Positions 55,502 to 58,959 of a stretch of 58,959 bases of DNA are shown piece after piece. The notes under the pieces are model-generated. The model worked only from the letters and a program-made list of their open reading frames with translations. It was not told the origin of the DNA and did not search any database. The position numbers were made by a program, and so were the translations under genes. Within the stretch, counting starts at the first letter, position 1; every line of letters begins with the position of its first letter. This stretch comes from a virus (lineage: Duplodnaviria; Caudoviricetes): IMG/VR virus record IMGVR_UViG_3300030103_000167, positions 1-58,959 of that record; one strand, written 5' to 3'.

Positions 55502-55945
55502 TTATTCTCCTTTTAATACTCTGTCTCTTAATCTAGTCGCACGTGGTCCAACTTGTGTAGCCCAGCGACTATCCATCATTTCAACCGCAGCAGTTTTCCA
55601 GTCATGTTCTTCTAGTGCGGTTAAAAACTTTTTAAACTTCAGTAACCTAGTAATACCTAAATTAAAACACATATTAGCTAAAACTCTTTGTACATCCTCT
55701 GGTAGATGTAACCACCATTCTAAATTTCTATCTAGGTCTGTTGTAACATTATCTATATCTTTTTCAAAACATTCTTTTATTCTATCTTCTGATACAGGGG
55801 TGTCTACGTCCTGACCATGTTCAGGGTCTGATTCTAATATTAAATGACCTATACCAAACGTGGGATATCCAAGGTGGTCTAAATATATTTTATCAACACA
55901 ACCTTCATCAAATTTTAGTTCTTCCATCAACTTATCAATATTCAT
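55502..55945 (-). CDS. Endolysin, T4-lysozyme (GH24) family (start corrected to 55945)
   Basis: E-8aa-D-5aa-T triad DEGCVDKIYLDHLGYPT, NMCFNLG, SRWATQV..RA. Confidence 0.9.
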   Translation of the reverse strand: MNIDKLMEELKFDEGCVDKIYLDHLGYPTFGIGHLILESDPEHGQDVDTPVSEDRIKECFEKDIDNVTTDLDRNLEWWLHLPEDVQRVLANMCFNLGITRLLKFKKFLTALEEHDWKTAAVEMMDSRWATQVGPRATRLRDRVLKGE

Positions 55946-56268
55946 AATATCTTTACTATTGTAGACCCTCCAGTTGAAACTGAAACTACGCCCAAGGACG
56001 CTATTGCTTCTAATCCTTTTTCTTCTCCTATATATAAATCTATCCATTCTGTTCCTGTCCATAATTGTAATTGTTCAGTGCTCAGATTAAAAATTATATC
56101 ACCTTTGTTAAAAAAATTTAAATTTCTTTGTGTTTCATTGACAGATAAAGTAGAATCTACATCTACTGAATTTAGAGATAACTCTAATACTCTGCTTAAT
56201 CTGTTAAAAGTATCTGCGTTAACTTGTCCTTGTGCTGTGGGTAACTTAGTTTCTAAAAGTTTACTCAT
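55942..56268 (-). CDS. Small tail-associated protein
   Basis: GDIIFN...LQLWTGTEW; follows the nozzle gene. Confidence 0.55.
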   Translation of the reverse strand: MSKLLETKLPTAQGQVNADTFNRLSRVLELSLNSVDVDSTLSVNETQRNLNFFNKGDIIFNLSTEQLQLWTGTEWIDLYIGEEKGLEAIASLGVVSVSTGGSTIVKIL

Positions 56269-58160
56269 TATCTTTGTCCATCTGGTTTTACATCTAACCT
56301 AGTCGCACCTAATCTAAAACTCATACCTAATACATTAGTATCGTCATCATTAGATTGAACTCTTAACACAACTTGTCTACCACGTAATCTAGTATCTAAC
56401 TTGGTTGTGTTAGAAAAACAAGAAGCGGTGGTTATTGTTGTTAAATCTTCTCCTGGAAAATTTCTTTTTTTCAAAACAAAATCTAATTTTTGACCTGTAG
56501 AACCTATAGAACCGTTGCCTATAAATTTTACATCAGGTATTACCCTATTAACATGTTGAAATAAATCTCCCTCTCCTAAATCGAAATCACTAGATTCAAT
56601 AAAAACATTTTGCATAGCAGAACCATCGTCATCATGACCAACTTCGTGATTAAATAAACAACTAGCGTTAGTTGATGTTTCATGTGTAGCTATTGGTTTA
56701 TCAAAAACACCTTCATCTAACCAAGCGTTTCTTGAAAGTTGTCCTATAGTCCAAACATTTTCATCATAGTTATATACCACATATCGATCAACGTTAGTTG
56801 CACTAGAAGAACAATAAAACCAACCAACTTCATTAAATGCTTTGTTAGAAAATGCGAATATTTGAAAACTTTGTGTATCATTTATATCATCAAAAACATA
56901 ACTTAATACACTACAAGGTAAACTTTGTACTTGACCTGTATATGTATAAAAACCTTTTTTATCCATCCAAAAAATACCCTTAGGCGTATTAATAGCAGCG
57001 TTAGGACCAACTAAACCTACACCCTCATTAACTAAATTAACACCAAAAGTAAAAGGTTGTCCTATAAAGCTCAAAGAATATAAAGAAGTGTCTGTCCAAA
57101 CTAATGTCTCTTGTCTTGCCCTAAGTGCACCTATAATTGAAGAACCTGCTGATAAACGTAAAGAACCTGCAGTATTAGTAGGCAACGGCTCCCACTCTGT
57201 AACGTTTTCTTGGTCACTAAAAGCAATCAACATAGGGTCTATGGTTCCTGACCTAGATGAATCAACTATAGGGTCAGCACCAAAACAAATAACGTGTCTA
57301 TCTATATCACTAACTAAAACTTGTAATGCTACAGTTGGAGGTAAATTAGCACCTGCTAAATCAGATAATGCTACTGCTCTCGATGAAGTGCCACCGCTTG
57401 TGTCCCAATAAAAAACACCACCACTCCTAGGATTAAATACTAAATCTTCACCAAAATTATCATGTGAGTATAATCTTAATTGATTTGCAAAACCTAAAGA
57501 CTCAGTTGAACCAAATGTACCTTCACCCCAACCATTTATACCCCAACCCGTTGATGGAACATAAACATCTAAACCAACATTTATCTGATACGCCCCTACT
57601 ACAGAAGAACCTCCATTTCCTGTATCTGAAGAATTAGCTAATACTGTTGTACCAGATGTATCTTTCGCTTCTATAGTGTAACTATTTGCGTTTACTATGT
57701 TTGCTATTTGATACTCTTGATTAAGTACGGCGGCAGTTATGTTACCGCCTAATGAAGAAGCACCACTAAATGTTACAAAATCATTTTTTACAGCACCATG
57801 AGCAGTATCAGATACAGTAATAGTAGCGTCGCTATTAGCAACTTTTGCAAAAGTAACATCGCCAGCAGCTGTTGTAGACCTTATTGGCGTGATATCATAA
57901 TAATTAGTGCCTTCTAATATATAGTATTTTTGTGTTGCACCTATACCTATATATTGAGTGCCACCAAGAGCTGTCCATGCATGTAAGGCTCTACCACGTG
58001 ATACAAAAGTAGAAGATGTTCTTTTAGCCCATCCACCTATTTTTTCAGGTAGTCCTTTTCTAAATCGTACTAAATTACTATCGAACCATCCTCCCTCATT
58101 TGCATAAGCAGTAAGTTCTTTGTTTATTCCAGGCTTGAAAATAAATTTTTGTAAAGGCAC
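56268..58160 (-). CDS. Tail nozzle / tail tubular B (P22 gp10-like) protein
   Basis: FKPGINK...VRFRKG.PEKIGGW, FSDQEN..W.P..TNTAG, beta-propeller composition, RLRGRQ...FRLG. Confidence 0.75.
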   Translation of the reverse strand: MPLQKFIFKPGINKELTAYANEGGWFDSNLVRFRKGLPEKIGGWAKRTSSTFVSRGRALHAWTALGGTQYIGIGATQKYYILEGTNYYDITPIRSTTAAGDVTFAKVANSDATITVSDTAHGAVKNDFVTFSGASSLGGNITAAVLNQEYQIANIVNANSYTIEAKDTSGTTVLANSSDTGNGGSSVVGAYQINVGLDVYVPSTGWGINGWGEGTFGSTESLGFANQLRLYSHDNFGEDLVFNPRSGGVFYWDTSGGTSSRAVALSDLAGANLPPTVALQVLVSDIDRHVICFGADPIVDSSRSGTIDPMLIAFSDQENVTEWEPLPTNTAGSLRLSAGSSIIGALRARQETLVWTDTSLYSLSFIGQPFTFGVNLVNEGVGLVGPNAAINTPKGIFWMDKKGFYTYTGQVQSLPCSVLSYVFDDINDTQSFQIFAFSNKAFNEVGWFYCSSSATNVDRYVVYNYDENVWTIGQLSRNAWLDEGVFDKPIATHETSTNASCLFNHEVGHDDDGSAMQNVFIESSDFDLGEGDLFQHVNRVIPDVKFIGNGSIGSTGQKLDFVLKKRNFPGEDLTTITTASCFSNTTKLDTRLRGRQVVLRVQSNDDDTNVLGMSFRLGATRLDVKPDGQR

Positions 58161-58168
58161 TGTAACTC

Positions 58169-58351
58169 CTAAATAAAACTAGCAAATACTATTGAGCCTA
58201 GTATAAATGGATAAACCCCCCATAACAGCATTTCTAATCTTTTAAACTTAGCAGAGCCTTCATCTAAACGTTTTTCTATGTACTCATATCTGATAGTGCA
58301 TTCACGTTCATGTGCGTTGAGTTCTGTTAATGCATCTTTTACGATTGCCAT
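58169..58351 (-). CDS. Small coiled-coil + TM protein (XhlA/holin-like)
   Basis: HERECTIRY..I...L..G...F..LE then TM. Confidence 0.55.
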   Translation of the reverse strand: MAIVKDALTELNAHERECTIRYEYIEKRLDEGSAKFKRLEMLLWGVYPFILGSIVFASFI

Positions 58352-58575
58352 TATTTATCTAAAACTTCCTCTGATTTTTCTTTAGTTGAAGCTATAAAGT
58401 TATTTTGAAAAACATTTAAAGCAGCATCTACTTGGTCTAGATCAAACAACATTTGTTCTCTTTTCTGTCTCAAATTAGTTATTTGATTAGCAAGATATTT
58501 TTGTTTATCTGTCATTTCTGACTCTAATATTTCCTTATCTCCCACCATAGCTTTATTTTCTTTTTTATCTGACAT
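58351..58575 (-). CDS. Small coiled-coil protein downstream of the tail fibre
   Basis: Heptad pattern; synteny. Confidence 0.5.
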   Translation of the reverse strand: MSDKKENKAMVGDKEILESEMTDKQKYLANQITNLRQKREQMLFDLDQVDAALNVFQNNFIASTKEKSEEVLDK

Positions 58576-58577
58576 TA

Positions 58578-58898
58578 TTAACTATTATCAGTAATGTATT
58601 GTTTACCTGTAGCAACAGCTGCAACATGAGTAGTTTTTTTACTATCTGCTGCTCCTTTTACATTAGGTGTATTATCATCACTATCAACAGGTGCATATTC
58701 TAAAATAATTTCTAAGTGGTCTACATTTCTTTGTACCACTTCGTTTATTTCAGTTTGTGTCCAAGTTCCTGCTACAGCATTTCCATCTTTATCGGTTATA
58801 CCACCTGCATATTTTGATTTATTACCATTAGTATTAATATCGTTAATAAGATTAACGCTGTCTGTTCCTGCTGTAAGGACTTGTGTTACTGTTGCCAT
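58578..58898 (-). CDS. Tail-fibre-associated hypothetical protein
   Basis: DSVNLI...RNVDHLEI; AAGGAG RBS. Confidence 0.55.
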   Translation of the reverse strand: MATVTQVLTAGTDSVNLINDINTNGNKSKYAGGITDKDGNAVAGTWTQTEINEVVQRNVDHLEIILEYAPVDSDDNTPNVKGAADSKKTTHVAAVATGKQYITDNS

Positions 58899-58899
58899 A

Positions 58900-58959
58900 T
58901 TATTCTCCTTCGTTTAATTTAGTTTTTAATTCTTCTACTTGTGTAGATAGTTCTTGTAT
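58900..58959 (-). CDS. C-terminal fragment of a tail fibre with intramolecular chaperone coiled coil
   Basis: ...IQELSTQVEELKTKLNEGE*, typical end of S74-chaperone fibres. Confidence 0.6.
   Translation of the reverse strand: MQELSTQVEELKTKLNEGE

Noticed and set aside
58900-58959. Exact circular join to position 1
   Set aside because: Joining shifts the fibre frame into a stop within eight codons, and no terminal overlap is seen
1-58959. Integrase/prophage boundaries, DGR reverse transcriptase, RNA polymerase
   Set aside because: No corresponding catalytic motifs recognised in any ORF and no host housekeeping flank

Overview
A near-complete, AT-rich dsDNA tailed phage genome (podovirus-like: P22-type portal, Mu gpT-like major capsid, tail-tubular/nozzle and ejection proteins, no tape measure, no integrase), most similar in gene content to uncultured marine phages. 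Almost all genes are on the minus strand; the SNF2 helicase is the only plus-strand gene. The contig appears to break inside the tail fibre gene, whose N-terminal part is at 1-2144 and whose probable C-terminus is at 58900-58959. Modules in window order: tail/head genes (1-15330), a repeat-rich putative terminus region and TerS (15330-17480), an early region of promoter-RBS-ORF cassettes and hairpin arrays (17494-27100), replication plus a thymidine-modification operon (27238-39864), internal virion proteins (39861-48527), a curli-like secretion/signalling cassette of CsgF, CsgG, curlin-like protein, FecR protein and CHASE2 adenylate cyclase (48555-53296), seven tiny basic proteins, endolysin and tail genes. 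Best leads: the curli-FecR-cAMP cassette; the hmdU + aGPT-Pplase1 + SAM-methyltransferase operon with no recognisable kinase or transferase partner; two inverted copies of a CTAATAGA iteron element 21 kb apart; 13 near-identical early promoters; candidate ncRNA hairpin arrays; and a pseudoknot downstream of the capsid gene. All family assignments come from motif recognition by eye, not from database searches.
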